This document shows positions 45,619-53,851 of a DNA stretch of 64,000 nucleotides, in pieces. Below the pieces are notes generated by a model. The model was not told the DNA's origin and ran no database searches. It worked only from the letters and a program-made list of their open reading frames with translations. The stretch comes from Bacillota bacterium. Lineage in GTDB: Bacteria > Bacillota > Sulfobacillia > JAIMAT01. The DNA is taken from assembly GCA_029961055.1 (NCBI GenBank), contig JASBVM010000001.1:6888-70887 (forward strand). The letters run 5' to 3'. Positions within the stretch are counted from its first letter, which is position 1, and every line of letters starts with the position of its first letter. The position numbers and the translations under genes are program-made.

Positions 45619-47289
45619 ATGCGCTGGGACGAGGAAGCCCGCACGCGGCACGAGGCTTGGCTGGAGCGGCTGGAGGCTGCGCCCCGGCGGCGCCAGCGGT
45701 TCGCCACGCCGTCGGGCCTCGAGGTGAAGCCGCTCTATACGCCCGAGGACCTCCCCGACGCTCCCTACGCGGAGCGCCTAGGCTTTCCGGGGGAGTACCC
45801 CTTCACGCGCGGGATCTACCCCAGCATGTACCGCGGGCGGACGTGGACCATGCGGCAGTACGCCGGCTATGCCACCGCCGAGGAGTCCAACCGCCGCTAC
45901 CGCTACCTGCTGGAGCAGGGCCAGACCGGCTTGAGCGTCGCCTTCGACCTGCCGACGCAGATCGGGTACGACTCGGACCATCCCCTCGCCTTCGGCGAGG
46001 TGGGGCGGGTCGGCGTGGCCATCGACACGGTGGAAGACATGGAGCGGCTCTTCGAGGGGATCCCGCTCGACCGGGTCAGCACCTCCATGACCATCAACGC
46101 CACCGCCGCCACGCTCCTGGCCTTCTACATCGTGGTCGCGGAACGGCGCGGGATCCCGCCGGAGAAGCTGTCGGGCACCGTCCAGAACGACATCCTCAAG
46201 GAGTACGCCGCCCGGGGCACGTACATCTACCCGCCCGGCCCCTCCATGCGCCTGGTCACCGACCTGATGGAGTTCTGCGCGGAGCGGGTGCCGAACTGGA
46301 ATACCATCAGCATCTCCGGCTACCACATCCGCGAGGCGGGCGCGACGGCGGTGGAGGAGCTGGCCTTCACCCTGGCCGACGGGATCGCCTACGTCCGGGC
46401 GGCGGTGGATCGGGGCCTGGAGGTCGACCGCTTCGCGCCCAGGCTCTCCTTCTTCTTCAACGCCCACATGCACTTCTTCGAGGAGATCGCCAAGTTCCGG
46501 GCGGCCCGGCGGATGTGGGCGAAGATCATGCGCGAGCGCTTCGGCGCCCGCGACCCGCGCTCCTGGATGCTCCGCTTCCACACCCAGACGGCGGGCTCCA
46601 CCCTGACCGCCCAGCAGCCGGAGAACAACGTGGTCCGCGTCACGCTCCAGGCGCTGGCGGCCGTCCTGGGAGGCACCCAGTCGCTGCACACCAACGCCCG
46701 CGACGAGGCGCTGGCGCTGCCCACGGAGGAGAGCGCGCGCCTGGCGCTGCGCACCCAGCAGATCCTGGCGCTGGAGAGCGGCGTGGCCGACACCGCCGAC
46801 CCGCTGGGCGGCTCCTACTTCGTGGAGGCGCTGACCGACCGCCTGGAGCAGGAAGCGTGGCAGCTGATCGAGGAGATCGACCGCATGGGGGGCGCGGTCC
46901 GCGCGGTGGAGGAAGGCTGGATGCAGGAGCGGATCCGCCGCAGCGCCTACCGCTACCAGCGGGCGGTGGAGTCGGGCGAGCAGCCGGTGGTGGGTGTCAA
47001 CGTCCTCCGCGACGAGGAAGGGGCGGGCGACCCGGCCTCCGGCCTCCTCCAGATCGACCCCGCGGTGGAGCGGGACCAGGTGGAGCGCCTCCGCGCCTAC
47101 CGCGCCCGGAGGGACGCCGTCGCGGTGGCCCGCGCGCGGGAGAGGCTGGAGCAGTCGGCGCGCGACCCGCACGCCAACCTGCTGCCGCCCATCCTCGAGG
47201 CGGCCCGTGCCGGCGTCACGCTGGGCGAGATCGCCGACACGCTGCGCGCCGTCTTCGGCGAGTACGGCGCCGCCCGGCAGGCGGGCTAG
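45619..47289 (+). CDS. Methylmalonyl-CoA mutase, large (catalytic) subunit
   Basis: ATG at 45619 lies 8 nt after GAGGGAGGG. It contains [34 protein letters not shown] and [13 protein letters not shown]. Confidence 0.9.
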   Translation: MRWDEEARTRHEAWLERLEAAPRRRQRFATPSGLEVKPLYTPEDLPDAPYAERLGFPGEYPFTRGIYPSMYRGRTWTMRQYAGYATAEESNRRYRYLLEQGQTGLSVAFDLPTQIGYDSDHPLAFGEVGRVGVAIDTVEDMERLFEGIPLDRVSTSMTINATAATLLAFYIVVAERRGIPPEKLSGTVQNDILKEYAARGTYIYPPGPSMRLVTDLMEFCAERVPNWNTISISGYHIREAGATAVEELAFTLADGIAYVRAAVDRGLEVDRFAPRLSFFFNAHMHFFEEIAKFRAARRMWAKIMRERFGARDPRSWMLRFHTQTAGSTLTAQQPENNVVRVTLQALAAVLGGTQSLHTNARDEALALPTEESARLALRTQQILALESGVADTADPLGGSYFVEALTDRLEQEAWQLIEEIDRMGGAVRAVEEGWMQERIRRSAYRYQRAVESGEQPVVGVNVLRDEEGAGDPASGLLQIDPAVERDQVERLRAYRARRDAVAVARARERLEQSARDPHANLLPPILEAARAGVTLGEIADTLRAVFGEYGAARQAG

Positions 47290-47331
47290 GCCGCGCGGGG
47301 CGAGGCGCGAGCCGGGAGGGAGGCGAAGAGG

Positions 47332-47769
47332 ATGAGGTTGGAGCGGCCCATCCGGGTTCTGGTGGCCAAGCCGGGGCTGGACGGGCACGACCGGGGCGCC
47401 AAGGTGATCGCCCAGGCGCTCCGCGACGCCGGCATGGAGGTGATCTACACCGGGCTTCGCCAGACGCCGGCCATGATCGCGCAGGCGGCGCTGGAGGAGG
47501 ACGTGGACGTGGTCGGACTCTCCAGCCTCTCCGGCGCCCACCGCACGCTCTTTCCCGAGGTGCTGCGGGAGATGCGGGAGCGGGGGCTGGGGGACGTACC
47601 GGTGATCGCCGGCGGCATCATCCCGCCGGAGGATGCGGAGCGCCTGGAGGCCGCCGGCATCGCCCGCATCTTTCCGCCGGGCACGCCGCTGGAGAGGATC
47701 GTGGCGGCCGTGGAGGAGCTGGCGCGGGGGCGCCGGACGGGCGAGCTGAGCCGCAGGGGGGAGGGATGA
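47332..47769 (+). CDS. Methylmalonyl-CoA mutase, B12-binding small subunit
   Basis: 145 aa. It contains [18 protein letters not shown] (the DxHxxG cobalamin motif) and GLSSLSGAH. Confidence 0.9.
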   Translation: MRLERPIRVLVAKPGLDGHDRGAKVIAQALRDAGMEVIYTGLRQTPAMIAQAALEEDVDVVGLSSLSGAHRTLFPEVLREMRERGLGDVPVIAGGIIPPEDAERLEAAGIARIFPPGTPLERIVAAVEELARGRRTGELSRRGEG

Positions 47770-48185
47770 GCGTGGAGCGGCCGGCGTTGGACCACATCGG
47801 GGTGGCGGTGGACGACCTGGAAGCCGCCCTCCCCCGCTGGGGCGCCCTGGGGCTGGCGGCCGTCCACGTGGAGGAGGTGGCCGGGGACCGGGTCCGGGTG
47901 GCGCTTCTCCCCTTCGCCGGGGGAGGGCGGATCGAGCTGCTGGAGCCGACCGATCCCGCAGGCCCGGTGGGTCGCTTCCTCTCGCGGAGGGGGGCGGGGC
48001 TCCACCACGTCGCCCTGCGGGTGGCGGACATCCGGCGGGCGCTGCGGGAGGCGGTGGAGGCGGGGCTGGAGGCCATCGACGCGGAGCCGCGGCGCGGCGC
48101 CGAGGGCCAGTGGGTCGCCTTCCTCAAGCCGGCGGGGCTGGGGGGCGTCCTGGTCGAACTCTGCCAGAAGGAGGAGGAGGCTTGA
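47766..48185 (+). CDS. Methylmalonyl-CoA epimerase (VOC/glyoxalase fold)
   Basis: ATG at 47766 overlaps the upstream stop (ATGA). It contains [21 protein letters not shown] and GLHHVALRV. Confidence 0.85.
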   Translation: MSVERPALDHIGVAVDDLEAALPRWGALGLAAVHVEEVAGDRVRVALLPFAGGGRIELLEPTDPAGPVGRFLSRRGAGLHHVALRVADIRRALREAVEAGLEAIDAEPRRGAEGQWVAFLKPAGLGGVLVELCQKEEEA

Positions 48186-49729
48186 GCGCGGGAGACGTGT
48201 CGGAGCTGCTCCGCCGCCGCCAGCAGGCGCTGGCGGGTGGCGGCCCGGAGCGCGTCGCCAAGCAGCATGCCCAGGGGAAGCTGACCGCCCGCGAGCGGCT
48301 GGAGATCCTCTTCGACCCGGGCAGTTTCCAGGAGATCGGGCAGCTGGCCGCCCACCGGGGCGACGTGCCCGGCCTGGAGGGGCGCGAGGCGCCCGGCGAC
48401 GGGGTGGTGACCGGGTGGGGCCGGGTGGAGGGACGGACGGTCTTCGCCTTCGCCCAGGACTTCACCCAGATCGGCGGCACCCTGGGCGAGGTCCACGCCC
48501 AGAAGATCCAGAAGCTCCAGGAGACGGCACTCCGGGCCGGTGCGCCCGTCGTCGGCCTGCAGGACTCCGGTGGCGCCCGCATCCAGGAGGGCGTGGCGGC
48601 GCTGGACGGGTACGCCGGCATCTTCCGCAGGAACACGCTGGCCTCCGGGGTGATCCCCCAGATCTCGGTCATCCTGGGCCCCTGCGCCGGCGGGGCGGTC
48701 TACAGCCCGGCGCTGACCGACCTGGTGGTGATGGTCGAGGGGACCAGCCAGATGTTCATCACCGGCCCTGACGTGATCCGGGCCGTCACCGGCGAGGAGA
48801 TCACCCACGAGGAGCTGGGCGGCGCGAGGGCGCACTTCGTGCGGAGCGGCGTCGCGCACCTCGTGGCGCCGGACGACCGGAGCGCGCTGGAGCTGGTGCG
48901 GCGGCTCCTGGGATACCTTCCTTCCAACAACGTCGAGGATCCGCCGGCGGGCGAAGCCCGCGAGCCGGACGCGCAGGCCTCCGAGGAGCTGGAGCACGCC
49001 ATCCCCGCGGACCCCAACCGTCCCTATGACGTGCGCCGGGTGATCCAGGGGCTGGTGGACGCGGGCAGCTGGCTGGAGATCCAGGCCGGCTTCGCGCAGA
49101 ACGCGGTGGTCGGACTGGCGCGCATGGCCGGCCGGGTCGTCGGGGTGGTGGCCAACCAGCCGCGGACGCTGGCGGGCACGCTGGACATCGACGCCTCCGA
49201 CAAGATCGCCCGCTTCGTCCGCCTCTGCGACGCCTTCAACATCCCCCTGGTGACGCTGGTGGACACGCCGGGCTACCTGCCCGGGCGGGCGCAGGAGCAC
49301 GGCGGCATCATCCGCCACGGGGCCAAGGTGCTTTACGCCTACGCCGAGGCGACGGTACCCAAGGTGAGCCTCATCCTGCGCAAGGCGTACGGCGGCGCCT
49401 ACATCGCCATGTGCTGCCGCGGGCTGGGCGCCGACCTCGCCTGGGCCTGGCCGACCGCCGAGATCGCGGTGATGGGGCCGGAGGGCGCCGCCAACATCAT
49501 CTACCGGCGGGAGATCGAGGCGGCCGAGGATCCCGCCGCCGAGCGCGCGCGCCGGGTGGCGGAGTACCGCGAGCGGTTGGCCAACCCCTTCGTCGCGGCG
49601 GAGCGCGGCTTCATCGACGACGTGCTCCTGCCCGGGGAGACGCGGGCGCGGCTGATCGCGGCCCTGGAGGGGCTGGCCGCCAAGCGGGAGGAGCGCCCCC
49701 CCAGGAAGCACGGCAATCTCCCGCTGTGA
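48182..49729 (+). CDS. Acyl-CoA carboxylase carboxyltransferase subunit (propionyl-CoA carboxylase beta / methylmalonyl-CoA carboxyltransferase 12S type)
   Basis: TTG at 48182 overlaps the epimerase stop. It contains GKLTARERLEILFDPGSFQEIG, GGARIQEG, and …PGYLPGRAQEHGGIIRHGAKVLYAY…. Confidence 0.9.
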   Translation: MSAGDVSELLRRRQQALAGGGPERVAKQHAQGKLTARERLEILFDPGSFQEIGQLAAHRGDVPGLEGREAPGDGVVTGWGRVEGRTVFAFAQDFTQIGGTLGEVHAQKIQKLQETALRAGAPVVGLQDSGGARIQEGVAALDGYAGIFRRNTLASGVIPQISVILGPCAGGAVYSPALTDLVVMVEGTSQMFITGPDVIRAVTGEEITHEELGGARAHFVRSGVAHLVAPDDRSALELVRRLLGYLPSNNVEDPPAGEAREPDAQASEELEHAIPADPNRPYDVRRVIQGLVDAGSWLEIQAGFAQNAVVGLARMAGRVVGVVANQPRTLAGTLDIDASDKIARFVRLCDAFNIPLVTLVDTPGYLPGRAQEHGGIIRHGAKVLYAYAEATVPKVSLILRKAYGGAYIAMCCRGLGADLAWAWPTAEIAVMGPEGAANIIYRREIEAAEDPAAERARRVAEYRERLANPFVAAERGFIDDVLLPGETRARLIAALEGLAAKREERPPRKHGNLPL

Positions 49730-49752
49730 CGCGGGGAGGAGGGGAACGGACC

Positions 49753-49998
49753 TTGGCCGGCACGGAGGACCGGGCGGGCGGGCGGAGGCTGGCGCCCGCG
49801 CAGGTGGCGGCCATCGCGGCCGCGCTGGCGGCGTCGGAGGAGGAGGGCGGGAGGGCCGGTGCCCGGATCCGGGTCCGGCCGGCGGCCGGCTCGGCGCCCG
49901 GCGTCGACGGCTTCTCCCCCTGGCGGTGGGCCGGTCGGATGGACGGGATGCGCGGGGCGGAACGCCTGATGCTGATGCGAGGAGGTCGCAAGGCGTGA
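49753..49998 (+). CDS. Small hypothetical protein between the carboxyltransferase and the biotin carrier (possible epsilon/OadG-like accessory subunit)
   Basis: TTG at 49753 lies about 8 nt after GGAGGAGGGG. The stop overlaps the GTG of the next gene (GTGA). It contains QVAAIAAALAA, reminiscent of small carboxylase/decarboxylase accessory subunits. No TM helix is seen. Confidence 0.4.
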   Translation: MAGTEDRAGGRRLAPAQVAAIAAALAASEEEGGRAGARIRVRPAAGSAPGVDGFSPWRWAGRMDGMRGAERLMLMRGGRKA

Positions 49999-50420
49999 TC
50001 CGACGCTATCGGGTTCGGGTGGACGGGCAGGAGTTCGAGGTGGAGGTGGAGAGCCTGGGGCCCGTCGTGGCGGAGGGCGCGGCCCGGGCCGTCGCCGGGG
50101 CGCCGGTGGAGGCGGCCGCGGAGGTGGCCCCGCCGCCGCGGCCCGAGGCGGCGGAGCCGCGCGCCGGCGGCTCCGGGGGAGCGCGTCCCGCGGCCGCCGC
50201 CGGCGAACGGGTGGTCGCCCCGCTTCCGGGCGTGGTCCTGGAGGTGCGGGCGGAGGAGGGCCAGCGCGTGGAGGAAGGCGACGTTCTCTGCGTCCTGGAG
50301 GCGATGAAGATGGAGAACGAGATCACGGCCCCGGTCGGCGGCACCGTCGCCGAGGTGGCCGTCCGGCCGAGCGAGGCGGTGAACACCGGCGACCTCCTCT
50401 TCGTCCTGGCTGCCGGTTGA
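49995..50420 (+). CDS. Biotin carboxyl carrier protein (biotinyl domain)
   Basis: GTG at 49995 follows GAGGAGGT. An Ala/Pro linker is followed by VLCVLEAMKMENEITAP, which contains the AMKM biotinylation motif. Confidence 0.88.
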   Translation: MIRRYRVRVDGQEFEVEVESLGPVVAEGAARAVAGAPVEAAAEVAPPPRPEAAEPRAGGSGGARPAAAAGERVVAPLPGVVLEVRAEEGQRVEEGDVLCVLEAMKMENEITAPVGGTVAEVAVRPSEAVNTGDLLFVLAAG

Positions 50421-50505
50421 GGAGGAGAAGGCGCTCCTGCGCAGGCAGCTCCTCGCCTGGCGGCGGAGCCTCCCGCCCGCGCAGCGGCGTGCCTGGGACC
50501 GGGCC

Positions 50506-51018
50506 ATGGTCCGCCGGTTGCTGGCCTGGCCGCCCTTTCTCCAGGCGCACCTGGTGATGGGCTACGTCGCCTGGCGGGGGGAGCCGGACCTGGGGGCGGC
50601 CCTCCGCTGGCGCCGGCGGCAGGGGGGAGCGGTGGTCCTGCCCGCCACCGATCCCGCCGCGCACCGGATCCTGCCGCGCCGCTTCCTCTCGGGGATGAGA
50701 CTGCGACGGGGCCCGCTGGGGATCCCGGAACCCCCCGAGGAGGCTCCGGCGGTCGACCCCTCCGAGATCGACCTGGTCCTCCTGCCCGGCGTCGCCTTCG
50801 ACCGTCGCGGCTTCCGCCTCGGCTACGGCGGCGGCTACTTCGACCGCTGGCTCGCCCGGCCCGGGATGCACGCCCGTACCGTGGGCGTCGCCTACGCGGC
50901 CCAGATCGTCGAGAGCCTTCCGCACGCGCCCTGGGACCGGAGGGTGGAGGAGCTGCTCAGCGAGGAAGCGGGGCCGGAGCGATGCGCCGGACCCGGCCGT
51001 GCTCCAGGGCGAAGATGA
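50506..51018 (+). CDS. 5-formyltetrahydrofolate cyclo-ligase (true start probably upstream of 50506)
   Basis: It contains [29 protein letters not shown]. Coordinates run from the first canonical ATG. The homologous N-terminal helix (EEKALLRRQLLAWRRSL) is encoded upstream in frame (see findings). Confidence 0.8.
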   Translation: MVRRLLAWPPFLQAHLVMGYVAWRGEPDLGAALRWRRRQGGAVVLPATDPAAHRILPRRFLSGMRLRRGPLGIPEPPEEAPAVDPSEIDLVLLPGVAFDRRGFRLGYGGGYFDRWLARPGMHARTVGVAYAAQIVESLPHAPWDRRVEELLSEEAGPERCAGPGRAPGRR

Positions 51019-51361
51019 GCGCCTCGGCGGTGGCGCGGTTGGTGGCCACCGGCACGCCGCGGACGTCGCAGAGCCGGAGCAGGGCGGAGACGTCGGGCTC
51101 GTGCGGATGGGCGGTCAGGGGGTCGCGGAAGAAGAAGAGGACGTCGACGCGGCCCTGGGCGATCTCGCTGCCCACCTGCTGGTCGCCGCCCATGGGCCCG
51201 GAGAGGAGGCGCTCCACGTCCAGGCCGGTCGCCTCGGCGACCACCCGGCCGGTGGTGCCGGTGGCCACCAGCTCGTGGGCGGCCAGCAGCTCCCGGTGCT
51301 GGCGGGCGAAGTCGACCATCTCGGGCTTCCGGCGATCATGGGCCACCAGCGCGATGCGCAA
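50957..51361 (-). CDS. mgsA: Methylglyoxal synthase
   Basis: 134 aa. TTG start lies 8 nt after GGGAGG. It contains [32 protein letters not shown] and [12 protein letters not shown]. Confidence 0.92.
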   Translation of the reverse strand: MRIALVAHDRRKPEMVDFARQHRELLAAHELVATGTTGRVVAEATGLDVERLLSGPMGGDQQVGSEIAQGRVDVLFFFRDPLTAHPHEPDVSALLRLCDVRGVPVATNRATAEALIFALEHGRVRRIAPAPLPR

Positions 51362-51423
51362 GCGCTCCGCCTCCCGACCCTTTCGTGGCTCCGTCTTCTT
51401 TCTTCGCGTGGAAAACTTCGCGT

Positions 51424-51452
51424 GAAAAATGCGGCCGCCTGCCGGCGGCCGC
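51424..51452 (-). terminator. Rho-independent terminator after tRNA-Ala
   Basis: On the minus strand, GCGGCCGCC-ggca-GGCGGCCGC is followed by ATTTTTCA. Confidence 0.65.
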
Positions 51453-51479
51453 AGCTCCCACGCAAATCCCCTGCGAATC

Positions 51480-51555
51480 TGGTGGACGTGGCGGGATTCG
51501 AACCCGCTACCTCTAGCTTGCGATGCTAGCGCTCTCCCAATTGAGCTACACGCCC
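51480..51555 (-). tRNA. tRNA-Ala (anticodon CGC), CCA encoded
   Basis: The reverse complement is GGGCGTGTAGCTCAATTGGGAGAGCGCTAGCATCGCAAGCTAGAGGTAGCGGGTTCGAATCCCGCCACGTCCACCA. It folds as a cloverleaf with anticodon loop AUCGCAA, the G3:U70 Ala identity pair, and a TTCGAAT T-loop. Confidence 0.95.
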
Positions 51556-51804
51556 TCGCGGCGCCCCTCAGTATAGCCGCGACGCGAGCGGCGGGTCAAG
51601 CGACCGCACCCGACAGGAGGCGCCGGCCTGCCGCCCACCCCTGGCGGCGACCGGCGGCGGAGAGCGTGCGCGGCCCCGACCGCCGTCGGCCGCGGGAGCC
51701 TTTCGGTCCTCCGCGCCGAGCCCGGTCGAGCCGTGCCCGCCCGCGGCCGGGGAAGGCTCAAAGGTGGGGGAGGAGATCCGATCCCAGGACCGAAGAGGGC
51801 AGGC

Positions 51805-51830
51805 AGTGGGTCAAAGTGGGGCCAAGTGGG
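51805..51830 (+). promoter_or_regulatory. MraZ operator: three AGTGGG direct repeats at 10-bp spacing
   Basis: AGTGGG occurs at 51805-10, 51815-20 and 51825-30, ending 32 nt upstream of the mraZ start. This matches the known MraZ-box architecture of (G)TGGG repeats with a 10-bp period. Confidence 0.7.
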
Positions 51831-51862
51831 AGACCCACCCGGCGGGATGGCGGCGAGCGAGC

Positions 51863-52333
51863 GTGCTGATCGGGGAGTACCGCCACAGCCTCGATGCCAA
51901 GGGCAGGGTGACGATCCCGGCCCGGCTCCGCGACGAGTTGGGCGCGCGGGTGATCCTCACCCGCGGCCTCGACCGCTGCCTCTTCGTCTATTCCGTGGAG
52001 GACTGGGAACGGCTCCGCGCGGGTCTGGCCCAACTCCCCTTCACCCAGGCCGACGTGCGCGCCTTCGCCCGCCTCTTCTTCGCGGGGGCGGTGGAGGGCG
52101 AGGTGGATCGCCAGGGGCGGCTCCTGATCCCGCCCATGTTGCGCGAGTACGGCGGCATCGATCGGGAGATCGCCATCCTGGGCGTCTCGGACCGGCTGGA
52201 GATCTGGGCTGCCGAGGTCTGGGAGGAGTATGCCCGGCGGACCTCCGCCTCCTACGAGGCGGTGGCCGAACGGCTCTTCGCGCCCGGGTGGGGAGCGGGG
52301 CGCGAGGAGCGGGGGGCAGGTACCAGGGGGTGA
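51863..52333 (+). CDS. mraZ: Transcriptional regulator MraZ
   Basis: GTG at 51863 in the 51764..52333 frame. The protein begins VLIGEYRHSLDAKGRVTIPARLR. A second SpoVT/AbrB-like repeat is DRQGRLLIPPMLR. Confidence 0.92.
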   Translation: MLIGEYRHSLDAKGRVTIPARLRDELGARVILTRGLDRCLFVYSVEDWERLRAGLAQLPFTQADVRAFARLFFAGAVEGEVDRQGRLLIPPMLREYGGIDREIAILGVSDRLEIWAAEVWEEYARRTSASYEAVAERLFAPGWGAGREERGAGTRG

Positions 52334-52339
52334 GAGGCT

Positions 52340-53272
<933 letters not shown>

Positions 53273-53274
53273 CG

Positions 53275-53787
53275 ATGCAGGGTAGCCGAGCGGTTGCGCG
53301 GGGCCGGCCGCAGGAGGGGGCGGGGCGGGCCGCGCGCTCGCCGCGCCGCCGTCCCGCCGCCCGGGAGGGTCGCCGCTCCGAGCTGCGCTTCCTCGGGGGG
53401 CTGGCGCTCCTCTGGCTGCTGGCGGTGGGCGTGGTCGTCCTCCACGTACAGGTGAGCAGCGCCGCCTACCGGCTCGATCAGGAGGCCAGCCGCCTGGCCG
53501 CGCTCCGCCAGCAGGAGGCGCTCCTGGCGGCGCAGGCCGCCAGCCTCGACTCGCCGCAGCGCGTGCTGAGCGAGGCGCGTACCAAGCTGGGACTGGTGAC
53601 GCCGCAGGCTTCCCCCATCCCGCTCCGGCCCGGCCGGCCCGCCGGGGCGCCGCCGGCGCCGGCCGGCAGGCAGGCGGTGGTGCGGTTGCCACCCCCGCCG
53701 CAGCCTTCCCCCGAACGGGCGGCGGTCCAGTCCTGGTGGGGCCACGCCGTCCGCTTCGCCCAGGCGCTCTGGGCGCTCGGCCGGTGA
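53275..53787 (+). CDS. ftsL: Cell division protein FtsL (bitopic, coiled coil)
   Basis: The call rests on its position between rsmH and the class B PBP. It has a basic N-terminus, a single TM helix (LGGLALLWLLAVGVVVL) and a coiled coil (YRLDQEASRLAALRQQEALL). Confidence 0.65.
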   Translation: MQGSRAVARGRPQEGAGRAARSPRRRPAAREGRRSELRFLGGLALLWLLAVGVVVLHVQVSSAAYRLDQEASRLAALRQQEALLAAQAASLDSPQRVLSEARTKLGLVTPQASPIPLRPGRPAGAPPAPAGRQAVVRLPPPPQPSPERAAVQSWWGHAVRFAQALWALGR

Positions 53788-53851
53788 CGGTCTGCGCGGA
53801 CCGGTCGCCAGCTCCGCGTCGCACGGTGCGAGACGGTGAGAGAGGAAGCGG

